From IMG/VR virus record IMGVR_UViG_3300038424_000133: 64,000 nt of DNA. The stretch is one strand, 5' to 3'. Position 1 is the stretch's first letter. Each line of letters starts with the position of its first letter. The DNA is from an uncultured virus (IMG/VR IMGVR_UViG_3300038424_000133) (lineage: Duplodnaviria > Heunggongvirae > Uroviricota > Caudoviricetes). Of the stretch, positions 18,460 to 29,241 are shown piece after piece. The position numbers were made by a program, and so were the translations under genes. Under the pieces are notes generated by a model. That model saw nothing but the letters and a program-made list of their open reading frames with translations. It made no database searches and was not told where the DNA came from.

Positions 18460-19023
18460 CTAAGAATTTTGTTTTTTATCAAAAATTTCCCGTTCTTCCT
18501 TTATCCATTCTCTATTTTCTTTACGATGTAATTTTTCCGCTTCTGCAATCTGTTCTTCTGTAAAACCTATTTTTGGTTGATGTTTTTTTGCTGGAACAAA
18601 GTTTATTTTATAATTAGTGGTTATGTCATTAGATTTCTGAGTTATCGGTTCGCTCATTCCTTTAAAATGAGAGCATTTCTTACAGTTTTCAACCAAGATT
18701 CTATCATGGGGATTTCTCCTTTTAAGAAGAGGACAGAAAACCCAAATTTGTGGTTTAGTTGGGTCTAATTCGCTTCTGTTTCCTTGTCTAATTATTGTTT
18801 TACCCCAATTTTGTAAATCGCAGTATAAATATGCTAAAGTGCTAATATTTCCAACATTACCTAATTTGGTTTGGTCAATCTTGTTCTTGGAATCACCACT
18901 TTCCACAGTAATATTTTCATTATTTGAAAACGGAATTTTCATTGTGGAATCAGTATTGCCATTAGATTTAATGAGTTTAGGTTTATGAAATGGTCTTCTA
19001 CTTGATGGTCTAATGCTGAACAT
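18460..19023 (-). CDS. hypothetical protein
   Basis: Long ORF with FCPL...CKKCSHF. Confidence 0.55.
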   Translation of the reverse strand: MFSIRPSSRRPFHKPKLIKSNGNTDSTMKIPFSNNENITVESGDSKNKIDQTKLGNVGNISTLAYLYCDLQNWGKTIIRQGNRSELDPTKPQIWVFCPLLKRRNPHDRILVENCKKCSHFKGMSEPITQKSNDITTNYKINFVPAKKHQPKIGFTEEQIAEAEKLHRKENREWIKEEREIFDKKQNS

Positions 19024-19025
19024 TT

Positions 19026-19424
19026 TTATTTCTTCTCTTTCTCTTCTTTACCTTCTTGCTCTACTTTTTTATCCACTATAAATTTCATAAATCCTTTGCT
19101 ATTTTCATCGGTTATAACTGCTGGCGGTCTCTTTTTGTCTTGAGCAATCCTCTTCTTTATTGACGTTTCAAGTTTCTTGCAATTACCACAAAGTTGCTGT
19201 ATAGGTAAATAATATTTTTCAATAAATTTTTGTTCACCCTTATTGAGTTTAATCTTTTTAGCGTCTGCATCTACCCACGAATAAAATCCGCCGAATGTTC
19301 TAAGTTTCTGCAACTCCATCTTTCCATCTTTTTCAACTGGTTTAACTGCCCAAACTATGAACATCTTCCTTGTAGAACTCCAAAACCCAGCTTGACAGCT
19401 TTGACACGTAGTTATTCGTCTCAT
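19026..19424 (-). CDS. hypothetical Zn-binding protein
   Basis: CQSC...LCGNC. Confidence 0.55.
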   Translation of the reverse strand: MRRITTCQSCQAGFWSSTRKMFIVWAVKPVEKDGKMELQKLRTFGGFYSWVDADAKKIKLNKGEQKFIEKYYLPIQQLCGNCKKLETSIKKRIAQDKKRPPAVITDENSKGFMKFIVDKKVEQEGKEEKEKK

Positions 19425-19973
19425 CTAATTCACCAAATCATTAGTTATAATATCTTTGTTATTTATAAGTGTTTCGGTATGTGGTTTATAGTGTTCCAAT
19501 TTGTGACAGTTTGAACATAATAAAATAACATCATCTGGAATAGAATTTTCATCAAACCATTTTCTTAATGTTTTTACCCTTATATTATTGTTTCTTCCCC
19601 ACGCATTTTCTTCATTTATGTGATGGAATTCAAAAATGCAAATATTTTCGTCACCCCCAATTATTCCGCATTTATTGCATTTATTACCAAGTATATCCAT
19701 TAAATATATTTTAATTTTTTTACGATATTCTTTTTGCCAATTTGCCACTCTTTTTAAAACTTTAATATGATTTTTACGATAATAATTTCTATAATAACCA
19801 CGATAATCTTCTAAATGTGTATTTCTCCATTCCGTTTGTTTTTTGTTAATTTCATTTCTATATTCTTTATCATTTAAACTTCTTTCTCTTCGTTTGGCAT
19901 TAATTCTATCTTTATTTTTCAAACGCCAATTTCTCCGAGATTCACGTTCTTTATTTTTATCTTTATATACCAT
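19425..19973 (-). CDS. HNH endonuclease
   Basis: LGNKCNKCG...FEFHH...LCSNCHK. Confidence 0.8.
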   Translation of the reverse strand: MVYKDKNKERESRRNWRLKNKDRINAKRRERSLNDKEYRNEINKKQTEWRNTHLEDYRGYYRNYYRKNHIKVLKRVANWQKEYRKKIKIYLMDILGNKCNKCGIIGGDENICIFEFHHINEENAWGRNNNIRVKTLRKWFDENSIPDDVILLCSNCHKLEHYKPHTETLINNKDIITNDLVN

Positions 19974-20054
19974 TTTATCACTCAGGATTTATTTATTTAT
20001 AATTCTATATAATTTATAAATAATTAAACACCTATTTAAATCTTTTGGTAGAAA

Positions 20055-20465
20055 TTACCATCCAATACCAAGATTTTTCCGTATCTCAAATTCTTCGTTA
20101 GATAATTTTCTTACCAAATCTTTATATTGTTTTTTAAATTCTAAATCTGGGCATAATGTCCTTTTGTTTGGTATTCCAAAACAACAGATTAGATGTGCTA
20201 CGCTTGTTTTTGTAAAGTATTTAAATTTAATATTTTGTCCATGCCATTTTCTTGTACATTTCCTTATTGCTCCAAGCAATGCAAGTTCAGAAAATTCATG
20301 GGCATAAAGATGTTCATTTTCTAACATGGATTTATTAAAAATCAATAATTCAGAATAACCATTTCCAAGATAGAAACAATCATATCCCTCTTCACCATCA
20401 TAAAAAGTTATCTTTGTATCAGCAGTTTGAAAGTTATATTTTTTAGACTTACAGTATTTGCCCAT
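20055..20465 (-). CDS. hypothetical protein (HExxE motif)
   Basis: LYAHEFSE. Confidence 0.5.
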   Translation of the reverse strand: MGKYCKSKKYNFQTADTKITFYDGEEGYDCFYLGNGYSELLIFNKSMLENEHLYAHEFSELALLGAIRKCTRKWHGQNIKFKYFTKTSVAHLICCFGIPNKRTLCPDLEFKKQYKDLVRKLSNEEFEIRKNLGIGW

Positions 20466-21186
20466 GTGATGGTTCTCTCCATTCCCTCATATGTGCTCTG
20501 TAGTAATTCTTATCCGCAAAAAGAAAAATTAGTGGTCCACTTCGTTCAGTCATTCTTTTAGCTTCAAATCCTATAGCTTGAGTTAACTGGAGTTTATCTT
20601 GTTGATTAAATGATGTTTTGTTTGGGCTAACTCTCATCATTATTGTTCCAGCAACAAGATTACCAATCATTAAATCAATAAAGCATCGTTCACCATTTCT
20701 TATTAATATCATTGCAACATAAAAGTGCAGGTCATCCATTTCATCAGGTGTAAACATATTTCTCATTCTCATATTACCCATAACCATAGGTGGAATATCT
20801 GGCTTAACTAACTTAACTTCTGTGCGTACTTGAAATTTCTTCCACCATTCATCAACAAGTGTATCCGCAAACTTCTCACAATCAATATCATATCGAACTT
20901 CTTGTTCAGCAGTTAAAATCGGTTGAACCAAATGTTCTATTCCCAAATCGAAATTAAGCACAAAAGTAGTAAAGTATTCCATAAACATATCATCAGTAAC
21001 TAAATGATTCTCTCTTAAATACATTATATAAAGAGCTAAGTCGTCTTTACAGGATATAAGCAATTGTTTCTCTATTCCATTAAGGTCTAATTCAGGACAA
21101 CGGTTCAGTAACAATCTTGCGATTAAATCATAATGCCTGTTATAATTAAATGGAGTTAACCTAAACATATTTTCACCAATATTCAA
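20449..21186 (-). CDS. hypothetical protein
   Basis: 245-aa ORF after TATA box and palindrome. Confidence 0.6.
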   Translation of the reverse strand: MNIGENMFRLTPFNYNRHYDLIARLLLNRCPELDLNGIEKQLLISCKDDLALYIMYLRENHLVTDDMFMEYFTTFVLNFDLGIEHLVQPILTAEQEVRYDIDCEKFADTLVDEWWKKFQVRTEVKLVKPDIPPMVMGNMRMRNMFTPDEMDDLHFYVAMILIRNGERCFIDLMIGNLVAGTIMMRVSPNKTSFNQQDKLQLTQAIGFEAKRMTERSGPLIFLFADKNYYRAHMREWREPSHGQIL

Positions 21187-21396
21187 TTATAATAATCAAT
21201 ATCACCTATATAAAGTTTTTGATTAAATAGTTACTTAAATTTTGCCCTAAGACACACGCCAATTTTAGGTTCACAACGTACCTGCTCGTATATACATCAT
21301 CATATATAAACCTTGCGGTTTTAAGTAATTACTTAAATAACCAAAAAATGTTAATAAACTCGTTAAATAATTACTTAAATAAATCGAAAAATTAAG

Positions 21397-22035
21397 TTAT
21401 TTTTCATATTCATATTCAATTAACCAACACTTATAGGCTTCGGACTGTTGCCTTGTCTTTTTCTGAGACATATGAATAAAACTGAAATCTTTACAAGCTG
21501 GAAATTTAGGTCCACCATATACGATTGGACCTTCAAAATCATCCATATAACGATGGTTCCGAGTATAATGTAAGTCTTTAGTTTTTTTCATAATTTTCGG
21601 TAAGTCCATTAAATGCCCATCTATGTTGTTTTTTTCAAGTATGTCATATGAGCGAATGCAGTAACCTTTTGCATCCGATTTAAGTAATTCTTTAAGTTTA
21701 TCGGGTGCTGGGTACTCTCTTACAACTTCATCTGAATCAATCACAATAAACCATGATTGACTTGGAACTTGGTCAATCATTAAGTTTCGTATATCTACTT
21801 GATTCATAGGTTGCGGCGACATCATAAAAGTAACATGATGTTTAGCCGTCTTTATAAACCGTACTATCTCTTCTAAAGTACCATCATTAGAACGTAAATC
21901 TCCTTCATACCCTAACCACTTGCCTTCACAAATTATTAACCCATCAACAAATTTGTCTAAAGCAGTTAAACAATCAAAGATACTTTCAACATTTTGCCAC
22001 ACTGGAGTTACACTAAAAAAATTAGGTTGAGTCAA
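21397..22035 (-). CDS. GT-A fold (GT2-like) glycosyltransferase
   Basis: RSNDGT...WFIVIDSDE (DxD). Confidence 0.7.
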   Translation of the reverse strand: MTQPNFFSVTPVWQNVESIFDCLTALDKFVDGLIICEGKWLGYEGDLRSNDGTLEEIVRFIKTAKHHVTFMMSPQPMNQVDIRNLMIDQVPSQSWFIVIDSDEVVREYPAPDKLKELLKSDAKGYCIRSYDILEKNNIDGHLMDLPKIMKKTKDLHYTRNHRYMDDFEGPIVYGGPKFPACKDFSFIHMSQKKTRQQSEAYKCWLIEYEYEK

Positions 22036-22055
22036 AGGAATTAAAACCCTTGATT

Positions 22056-22460
22056 TTAACTTGATGGTTTAGTTTCTTCTTCTTTTTGAACTTCGTAAGC
22101 TATAACTGGTGGAATAGCGGCTTCAACTACTGGTACTGGATTAGCTTCTATTGCTTTGACTTCTTTTTCTGCTTCTGGAAGTGATGCCGCAACTTCTTTA
22201 GCACCTGCTTCCATATCTGCTACTCCTTGAACTGGACTCTTACCAAGAAACTCTTCCATGCCTTTAAGGAATAATCCTGCACCCGAACCAGCACCAATAA
22301 CGCCTGTCAAATCAATCCCCTGTCCCATAACAGCTTTAGCAATAGTTAACCCTAAACCAACGAGAGCAATAGCTCCACCGATGCCAGCAATAATTTTATC
22401 TCCTATACCTTTTGGAATTGGTAACATATATTTCACCTGATTTATAAGATAAACAATCAA
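22056..22460 (-). CDS. membrane protein
   Basis: Gly-rich hydrophobic helices, acidic tail. Confidence 0.55.
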   Translation of the reverse strand: MIVYLINQVKYMLPIPKGIGDKIIAGIGGAIALVGLGLTIAKAVMGQGIDLTGVIGAGSGAGLFLKGMEEFLGKSPVQGVADMEAGAKEVAASLPEAEKEVKAIEANPVPVVEAAIPPVIAYEVQKEEETKPSS

Positions 22461-22482
22461 CTATTTAAATGTTGTGGTAAAA

Positions 22483-22794
22483 CTAATAGGTTTTAGATTC
22501 TTGTCTTGCGTAGTTCTCTTTAAGTTTATCACAGTATGCATTGTATAGTTCATATACAGTAATTTTATCAGCACCCATATATAGTAAAAAGAAATGCATT
22601 ATATCAACTAATTCTTCAACTCGATTTTTATGTGTACCTCTCTTTTTACTCCACCATTTACCTTTACTTCCTATCCAAAGTTCTCCTGCTTCGACCATTA
22701 ATGCGGCGGCTATTCTATGTCTTTGTGGATGATAATTATATTTATTTTGAAATTCATTTTGTAATTTTAGCATTTCCTCTAATTTATCAGTCAT
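22483..22794 (-). CDS. dimeric all-alpha dUTPase / MazG-like nucleotide pyrophosphatase
   Basis: EAGELW...KWW...EELVDIMHF. Confidence 0.75.
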   Translation of the reverse strand: MTDKLEEMLKLQNEFQNKYNYHPQRHRIAAALMVEAGELWIGSKGKWWSKKRGTHKNRVEELVDIMHFFLLYMGADKITVYELYNAYCDKLKENYARQESKTY

Positions 22795-24032
22795 GTTTCT
22801 TCTTCTGCTCTGCTTGCCTTATATTTCTTATATTCTTCGATTTGCTTAAAGTAGTTTCTATTGCTGTCATAAACCCAATTTGTGTTATTATCATCAATAA
22901 TATGGTCTGGTTCAGGCACTTCGAATTCACTATCAATTGCTTTACTCAAGTCAATGTTTTGTATGTCCTTCATGGCATTTCTCAATAGGTCTAAAGTTTC
23001 ATCAAGTGGTTTAAGCATATCTTTTGCACGTTGACGCATTGCTAAGTTTTCATCACTAACTATTCTCGGCTTGTCAAAATCGTAATAGGGTTTCAATGCC
23101 ACATCAATTATCTTTCCAAGTTCATTCGGATAAATTGCTTCAAGAGCATCTAATTCGACTACTGCTTCACCATGTTTCGGTGCTTTAGGCAAGTTGAATT
23201 TGTTTATCTGGTCTTCACTTAATGCAAGCCGTGTCAGTTTAACATCCATGTTTTCATTATTTTGAATGAAAAATTCAAGTTTCCTTGCAACTGCCGAAAC
23301 CATACTCCATCCATATCTATCCCAATCGCTAATGTAGAATACTCTGACTTTCTTGCCTGCTTGTGCCGCTTTTATTGCTCTTTCAGCACTCATATTGACT
23401 TTTTCGACTGATGCTTGACCGACTAATGGCTGATAGGTTGCATTGTATTTCTTACATTGTGGCTCAATAACGAAGCCCATAGACTGCTTTTCACACCAAA
23501 CTTCTAAGTGGTACATTTGATAGCCTGATTCGTAGTATCGTGGTGCTTGTTTCAAGATGTCATCTATTAGTCCTTCGATTCTTCCTTTAACAATTTTGGG
23601 TATGTCAACATGTCCATCTTGGTATATTCCGCTTCCAACGAAGTAATTATCGTAGTCATTTGGTGCTGGGTGTTTCAAATCAACAAGGTTTTCCCATTTA
23701 CCTATGCCCAAGTATCGTGCAATCTGTGCTGAATGTAGCAAGAAAGTCCAATCTTTAACAGGGTCAGGTTGAGTATAGAAATCTCCGTCTGGTTTCTTGA
23801 CTCTATTAGACATACACCAATAATGGAATCCCCTCAAATGCAATTGTTTCTTACGTTTAGCCATCATTGTATCCCATAAGTCTGCCGCCCATTTAGCATC
23901 AATGTAATCTTTCTCTGTGCCAACAAAATATGGGTCTGTAGATAATACTCTCAATTCGTTTGGTTTTAGTCCTAACTGCTTACCTTCTTCAATTAATTGA
24001 TTTTTTATTTCTTCATGATTCATGTTTCTCAT
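22791..24032 (-). CDS. TopoVI-A/Spo11/JetD-related TOPRIM-domain protein
   Basis: LRGFHY, EVWCEK, YISDWDRYG (DxD), ELDAL. Confidence 0.7.
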   Translation of the reverse strand: MRNMNHEEIKNQLIEEGKQLGLKPNELRVLSTDPYFVGTEKDYIDAKWAADLWDTMMAKRKKQLHLRGFHYWCMSNRVKKPDGDFYTQPDPVKDWTFLLHSAQIARYLGIGKWENLVDLKHPAPNDYDNYFVGSGIYQDGHVDIPKIVKGRIEGLIDDILKQAPRYYESGYQMYHLEVWCEKQSMGFVIEPQCKKYNATYQPLVGQASVEKVNMSAERAIKAAQAGKKVRVFYISDWDRYGWSMVSAVARKLEFFIQNNENMDVKLTRLALSEDQINKFNLPKAPKHGEAVVELDALEAIYPNELGKIIDVALKPYYDFDKPRIVSDENLAMRQRAKDMLKPLDETLDLLRNAMKDIQNIDLSKAIDSEFEVPEPDHIIDDNNTNWVYDSNRNYFKQIEEYKKYKASRAEEET

Positions 24033-24451
24033 CTTTCTTTAATATAACATCAAGTCCACTATTTAAACCTTGCTCTAATTTTGCATTAATGAGTTTCTTC
24101 ATGCGGTCACTTATCTCTTTCATAGTGGCTGGGTCAATGGTTGCAAAATAAACCCTAACAATGTATCCCTCATTAATTAAATGCAATTGTTCTTCGGCGG
24201 CTTGAACCATATCCCAACTCAGTTTTACATTAGCCGCTTTAGCTACGGCATCCGCTATAGTAAATGCCATAAACTCCCAAATATTTATTTCATCATTCAT
24301 TTTTCTTGTTTCTCCATTATTTCACATATGGGTTTTATTTCACAGCCACAACATAACCAATTTATAGATGTGTGTTTTTGTCTCTCTTCACAGTAACGAA
24401 CTATAGCCAATTCGGCATAGAACGGCAAAGGTATATTTTTAACGCCTCTCA

Positions 24452-24949
24452 TTATTTCTTCTTCCATTGATTTAATCTTTTTGTTTTATTATGGCATTTA
24501 TTACATAATGTTTTTCCATTATTAACATCAAATCTTAATTCAGGGTAATTAACCCATTCTTTAATATGGTGTGCTTGTAAACTCATATGACCACCATGTT
24601 TTCCACAATTTTGACAAGTATAATTATCTTTTTTAAATACTGCTTTTCTCCATGCTTTGTATTCCTCAGAAATCATGTTTCTTTTTGTTATTCCACCTTT
24701 CCAATTCCAATGGTTTTCTCCTTTTCTTAAAGGATTAGTTTTTCTATTTCGTTCTGAAACATCTGGTCTTTTGCCTTTAACACTTCCAGAGAAATGATTA
24801 ACTAAAATATTATGACCCTGTACAAATCGTTTATCAACTTCTTGACCGCAACCACATTCACATTTATTTATATTATCTCCCAAGGAAACTATTACAATCG
24901 GGTATATAAATGTTTTGGTTATTTGGATTCCCAAGGAAATACTATCCAT
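24452..24949 (-). CDS. HNH endonuclease
   Basis: CECGCG, NWKGG, DNYTCQNCG...AHHIK...NGKTLCNKCH; start uncertain. Confidence 0.8.
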   Translation of the reverse strand: MDSISLGIQITKTFIYPIVIVSLGDNINKCECGCGQEVDKRFVQGHNILVNHFSGSVKGKRPDVSERNRKTNPLRKGENHWNWKGGITKRNMISEEYKAWRKAVFKKDNYTCQNCGKHGGHMSLQAHHIKEWVNYPELRFDVNNGKTLCNKCHNKTKRLNQWKKK

Positions 24950-25278
24950 GAATTTTTAGGTTTATCATAAATATAAAAATTTGGTTTAAATGAGGCTTCG
25001 GGGTTCCAATATAATGATGCTGTTTTAAATCCACTTTCATCATCTTCGCATAAAGTTTTTCCAGTATCAACTACATCATCACAAATCAAAGTTGATTCCT
25101 CTGGAAATTCTGTAAATGGAATATCTAATAAATGACTAAGCCTAATGGCAATAATTAAACCGCCTCTTGGAATTCCATAAATACTTTTAAATTTAATTCC
25201 AGATTTCTCAATATTTTTAGCAAGATTACGAACTCCTGTATCAAACCTATTCCATGACATCTTAATTATTCTCGTCAT
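24919..25278 (-). CDS. type I phosphoribosyltransferase (Gpt-like)
   Basis: GIPRGG, LICDDVVDTGKT, WIVFPWE. Confidence 0.85.
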   Translation of the reverse strand: MTRIIKMSWNRFDTGVRNLAKNIEKSGIKFKSIYGIPRGGLIIAIRLSHLLDIPFTEFPEESTLICDDVVDTGKTLCEDDESGFKTASLYWNPEASFKPNFYIYDKPKNSWIVFPWESK

Positions 25279-26270
25279 TTTTTAATCATCCTTTCAAGAT
25301 AAATTTTGTAATATTGAAATAGATTACCTCTGCTTGAATAGAGATGTTCTTTGCAGGCTTTACTAACTTCCGCCGCAATTCTGGGCATATCATCTTTTGG
25401 CTGTCCAGTTAAACCAAAATCTGCTTCAACTTTACTGATTGCACCCATAATTTCACTCTCTGGTATTTGTGGAAGAATAACTTGTCCTTCCCTGATTTTG
25501 CGAACTTTGGGTTCTGGAATATCAAGTTTAACTTTGGCTTTAAGCAGTTGCCCTTCATCATCAAATGTCGTGCAAACCATACCTTCCTCTTTTTCTTTGC
25601 CTTCACATTGGCTATCGCAATATTCAAGCACATGGTTCTTAAATTTGAGAAGGTCTTTAATTGTCCTGTGCCGTGTCTCAGCATATAACTTAACCGTTTG
25701 AATTCCATAATGGTAACATTGTTGATACATAGCTGTGTATGCCAGATAATTGTCTTGAGCCGTATCATAAATATCAATCATGAATAGTTGGTCTCGGTTA
25801 TAAGTCTTGATTCCAGTTACGCTTCTGCCCTTCCTGCATTCTTCACATACAATCCTAAACATAGGATTATCACTAAGCATATAAACTATCTTTGAATATT
25901 CATCTGTTTCTCTAACTCTATTCTGAATATCCTGTGATGCTATTTCTTGATTCCTACTGGAAATTATAATATCATATTTAACATAATTTTTACCTTGAAG
26001 CATCAAAATCACATTTGTTGATTTACTGGCGGCTGTATGCTTCTTGAGCCAAATTGTAACGCATTCGCCGTCTTCCTTTATAGTCCAGAACAGACGTTTA
26101 CCAAGCAACATTCTACATAACTTACTACTATTCAATATTGAAATGTGTGGATACCTTTCGAATTTAACTACTTTTCTCTTTCCATTCTTGCCAACAGGTA
26201 TAAATGGTGTAGCCTCTTCTGTTGCTAATGATTCAAACGGATTCTTAACCTTTCTTTTTACTGGTGGCAT
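25275..26270 (-). CDS. ATP-dependent RNA ligase family protein
   Basis: TIKEDG (motif I KxDG), SRN, FMIDI, EEGMV, KAKVK. Confidence 0.7.
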   Translation of the reverse strand: MPPVKRKVKNPFESLATEEATPFIPVGKNGKRKVVKFERYPHISILNSSKLCRMLLGKRLFWTIKEDGECVTIWLKKHTAASKSTNVILMLQGKNYVKYDIIISSRNQEIASQDIQNRVRETDEYSKIVYMLSDNPMFRIVCEECRKGRSVTGIKTYNRDQLFMIDIYDTAQDNYLAYTAMYQQCYHYGIQTVKLYAETRHRTIKDLLKFKNHVLEYCDSQCEGKEKEEGMVCTTFDDEGQLLKAKVKLDIPEPKVRKIREGQVILPQIPESEIMGAISKVEADFGLTGQPKDDMPRIAAEVSKACKEHLYSSRGNLFQYYKIYLERMIKK

Positions 26271-26781
26271 CTTTAATCATCCTCATAATTGAAGCAGACC
26301 ATACGCTTTAAATCATTATCGGATGCCATAAGTTTTATTTGCTTGTTACAAGCATCTTTCTTGTTACAATTTGAACATGATTTTCCCATTTAGTGGTCAA
26401 CCTCATTAAGATAAGTATGAACTCTGGTTATGCAGTAAAGGCAGGCTTCTTTAACTACTTTCTTGCCGTCTTGCCTCTCTATCCATTGAATACGCTTGTT
26501 GCCACCACAAGTTAAACAGCATTGCTTGCTCTTAACAATCCTATTGTTAACGTCTTTATTTTCTACTTTAACATCATCTTGATATGTAAATATAGTCGTT
26601 CTTCTATTAGCCATTTTTATCATCTAATGTTATTGTTAATCTCCTTTATAAACTTTGCCTTTAAGCAGTTACTTAAATTAATCGCAATTTCCAAGGCACA
26701 TCCCACAATCTGGACAGTTTTTAGGTATGTTTGATTTCCTATATTTCTTTTTACAATAAGGACATTCTTCATATTCTTCGG

Positions 26782-27081
26782 TCATAGCCAATCTTCCATT
26801 ACTGTGTCATCTGAATATCTATTGATTGATTTAAGTAAATTATCATATTCCTTTCCATAGTAATTTACTGAAACAAACTCTCCTAAAATAACGTGAAGAA
26901 ACTCATGATTTATTATACATGATAAAAATTCCATTGTACTCGTACAATATGTATCTTCACTTGTAATTACTAATTTGTAGCAACCATCCTTTTGCCTGCT
27001 AATAAGCATACGGTCAAAACGTTTAGGAGTGGATTTTCGAATTTGAACCCATATTTTATCTAAATCTAAAACTTTATTCAT
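26782..27081 (-). CDS. small HExxH protein (possibly zincin-like)
   Basis: IINHEFLHVIL. Confidence 0.5.
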   Translation of the reverse strand: MNKVLDLDKIWVQIRKSTPKRFDRMLISRQKDGCYKLVITSEDTYCTSTMEFLSCIINHEFLHVILGEFVSVNYYGKEYDNLLKSINRYSDDTVMEDWL

Positions 27082-27558
27082 TTAATCAACTCTATTATCT
27101 ATTATATCAAATACTTGTCTGATTTCGCCGCCGATGTCAAATATGAAATCATAATTCGGAATTTCATCTTCGGTTATCCATGCATACTCTTGACCGTTTT
27201 CAGTTTTTATGTGAAATTCATCGGCATTATGTTCGTTAAACACTACATAATAACTAAGAATTAATCGTTTAACATCTGTTGAAACTATAGAACAAAGATA
27301 CTTTAATCTTAGTCTGGCATAATAACCAAGCATTCCAGTTTCTTCTTGAAGTTCCCTGCAAACTGCACTTTCTACTGGATAATAATAGAACCCATGATTT
27401 GCATAATCTCCATCATTAGTTTTAAGTTTGCCGCCTGCTACAGTCCATAAATTAGGAAAAACTTTCTCTGTTGCCAGCCTTTTAAGTATCAAAGCCTTCC
27501 TATCTTTAGATATTACGATTACAGTAGCCGCAACTACTAAAGGTGTTTGTTCGCTCAT
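27082..27558 (-). CDS. Nudix hydrolase
   Basis: ILKR...W..AGGK...AVCRELQEETG. Confidence 0.85.
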   Translation of the reverse strand: MSEQTPLVVAATVIVISKDRKALILKRLATEKVFPNLWTVAGGKLKTNDGDYANHGFYYYPVESAVCRELQEETGMLGYYARLRLKYLCSIVSTDVKRLILSYYVVFNEHNADEFHIKTENGQEYAWITEDEIPNYDFIFDIGGEIRQVFDIIDNRVD

Positions 27559-27865
27559 ATTTCTTCAACCTCATCAACTCTCAATATTGTGTCTCTTTCA
27601 AGCATTTCTTTGAGAGTTTTCGAGTCAAGTTTCCAACCCTGTTGCAAATGAACTTTAAGATTAAATTTTTGTTCTTTAGGCATCTTATTCACTCATACAT
27701 GCTTTTTCAATTTGATATTCTACTTCTTCTAATTCGTCTTCACAATCGCAATGGGTAATAAAGTATTGTGGTATGCGATTAAACCAATTAAAAAAATGGT
27801 ATAGTTTAAGATATATCCTTGTTTTAAGAGTCATTCTTAATATTTTACCATCTGTAATACTCATA

Positions 27866-28282
27866 TTATCCACTTTCCTCATATTCTTTCGATGTGATTA
27901 TCCTTGTTGGAATTCCACATAGTTTCGCAACCGTAATCATATTCTTTGTTCCTCTACTATTTTGTATATCGTTGTGGAATGCAACGACTAATTCAGGTTC
28001 ATACATATGAACCATAGCATTATTTCGGAGTGGTCCAGCATAATTGCCGAATTTCTCCCATTTTGCTTTTTCGGCTATGACTTCGAAACCATGTCTATGA
28101 GCTAAAATTCCAGCTATCTTATCTGCTCCGACACAATCACCCTCAACGATTTTTACTGTTCCATCATGCGGAAGAGATGCTAAGTAGTGGTCAATCGTAT
28201 ATGAGTCGCTCCAATGTCTATCTCCGCATATTATGATAATCATTCTAATCCATATCCTTGCCAATAGCCCCTTACTGCACAT
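27866..28282 (-). CDS. SLOG/YspA-like (DUF2493-type) protein
   Basis: ICGDR, EGDCVGAD, AGPLRN, SRGTKNMI; start probably MIIIICG. Confidence 0.75.
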   Translation of the reverse strand: MCSKGLLARIWIRMIIIICGDRHWSDSYTIDHYLASLPHDGTVKIVEGDCVGADKIAGILAHRHGFEVIAEKAKWEKFGNYAGPLRNNAMVHMYEPELVVAFHNDIQNSRGTKNMITVAKLCGIPTRIITSKEYEESG

Positions 28283-28539
28283 TCAACATCATATTGTATT
28301 CCAGCAAGCCAACCACCAAAATATAGACCAACACCATCATACCATTCAGGTCTATAACCTGCTTTATATGTCTTCATAATTTCATCCTCAATTTCAATAC
28401 ACCACATCACAGGAAATATAAATTCTTGAAATGCATGTAATAGGTGTTTAATCCTTTGTTTAAGTGTAACTTTATATGTATGTAATACCCATTTCATTAT
28501 TAATCCCTGAAACTAATATAGCATTCTCCCTTATAAACT

Positions 28540-29241
28540 TTACTCTAATCCGCCAATGATATAATTTTCACCTGTACAACAAGTTGCATCTTTAGCTAAG
28601 AAGACAACGAACTTTGCTATTTCTTCGGTTGTAATCATACGCTTAAATGGCATACGGTCAATTATTTTAGCGTATTGTTCAGGCGACATATTTTGTGTCA
28701 TATCAGTATTGACAAATGACGGCGATACAGAGTTAACCCTTATTTTTCTTTTAGCCAACTCTTTAGCCAATGATTTAGTGAATGCTATTACGCCTGCTTT
28801 AGAAGCGGCATAGTTGCATTGACCGAAATTACCAGTTACTCCGATTATGCTTCCCATATTAATTATACATCCACCATCATTTATATATGGCAAAAATGCT
28901 TTTGTAACATTAAACACGCCAGTTAAATTAGTATTTATTACATCATCCCATTCTTCGTCAGTCATTTTTGATAATGTTCTATCTCGAACTATCCCAAAAT
29001 TGTTAATTAAATAATCTATTTTCTCATCAAATTTTATATCCTTTATTTCTTTTCTATCAGTTACATCTAAATGTAACATTTTAGGAATATTACCACTATG
29101 AGAAATATACTCTCTTATTTTTTCGGCTTCTTCCTTATGTTCATTATATGAAAAATAAATAGTATTCCCCGTAGATTTACAGAATTCTTTAACTATTGCT
29201 TCTCCTATTCCTTTAGAACCACCAACAATAAAAACAATCAC
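28540..29241 (-). CDS. fabG: SDR oxidoreductase, FabG-like
   Basis: GGSKGIG, NNFGIVRD, GNFGQCNYAASKAG (YxxxK). Confidence 0.8.
   Translation of the reverse strand: MIVFIVGGSKGIGEAIVKEFCKSTGNTIYFSYNEHKEEAEKIREYISHSGNIPKMLHLDVTDRKEIKDIKFDEKIDYLINNFGIVRDRTLSKMTDEEWDDVINTNLTGVFNVTKAFLPYINDGGCIINMGSIIGVTGNFGQCNYAASKAGVIAFTKSLAKELAKRKIRVNSVSPSFVNTDMTQNMSPEQYAKIIDRMPFKRMITTEEIAKFVVFLAKDATCCTGENYIIGGLE

Noticed and set aside
22791..24032. Wadjet system or complete topoisomerase VI
   Set aside because: No SMC/JetABC or TopoVI-B gene in the window.
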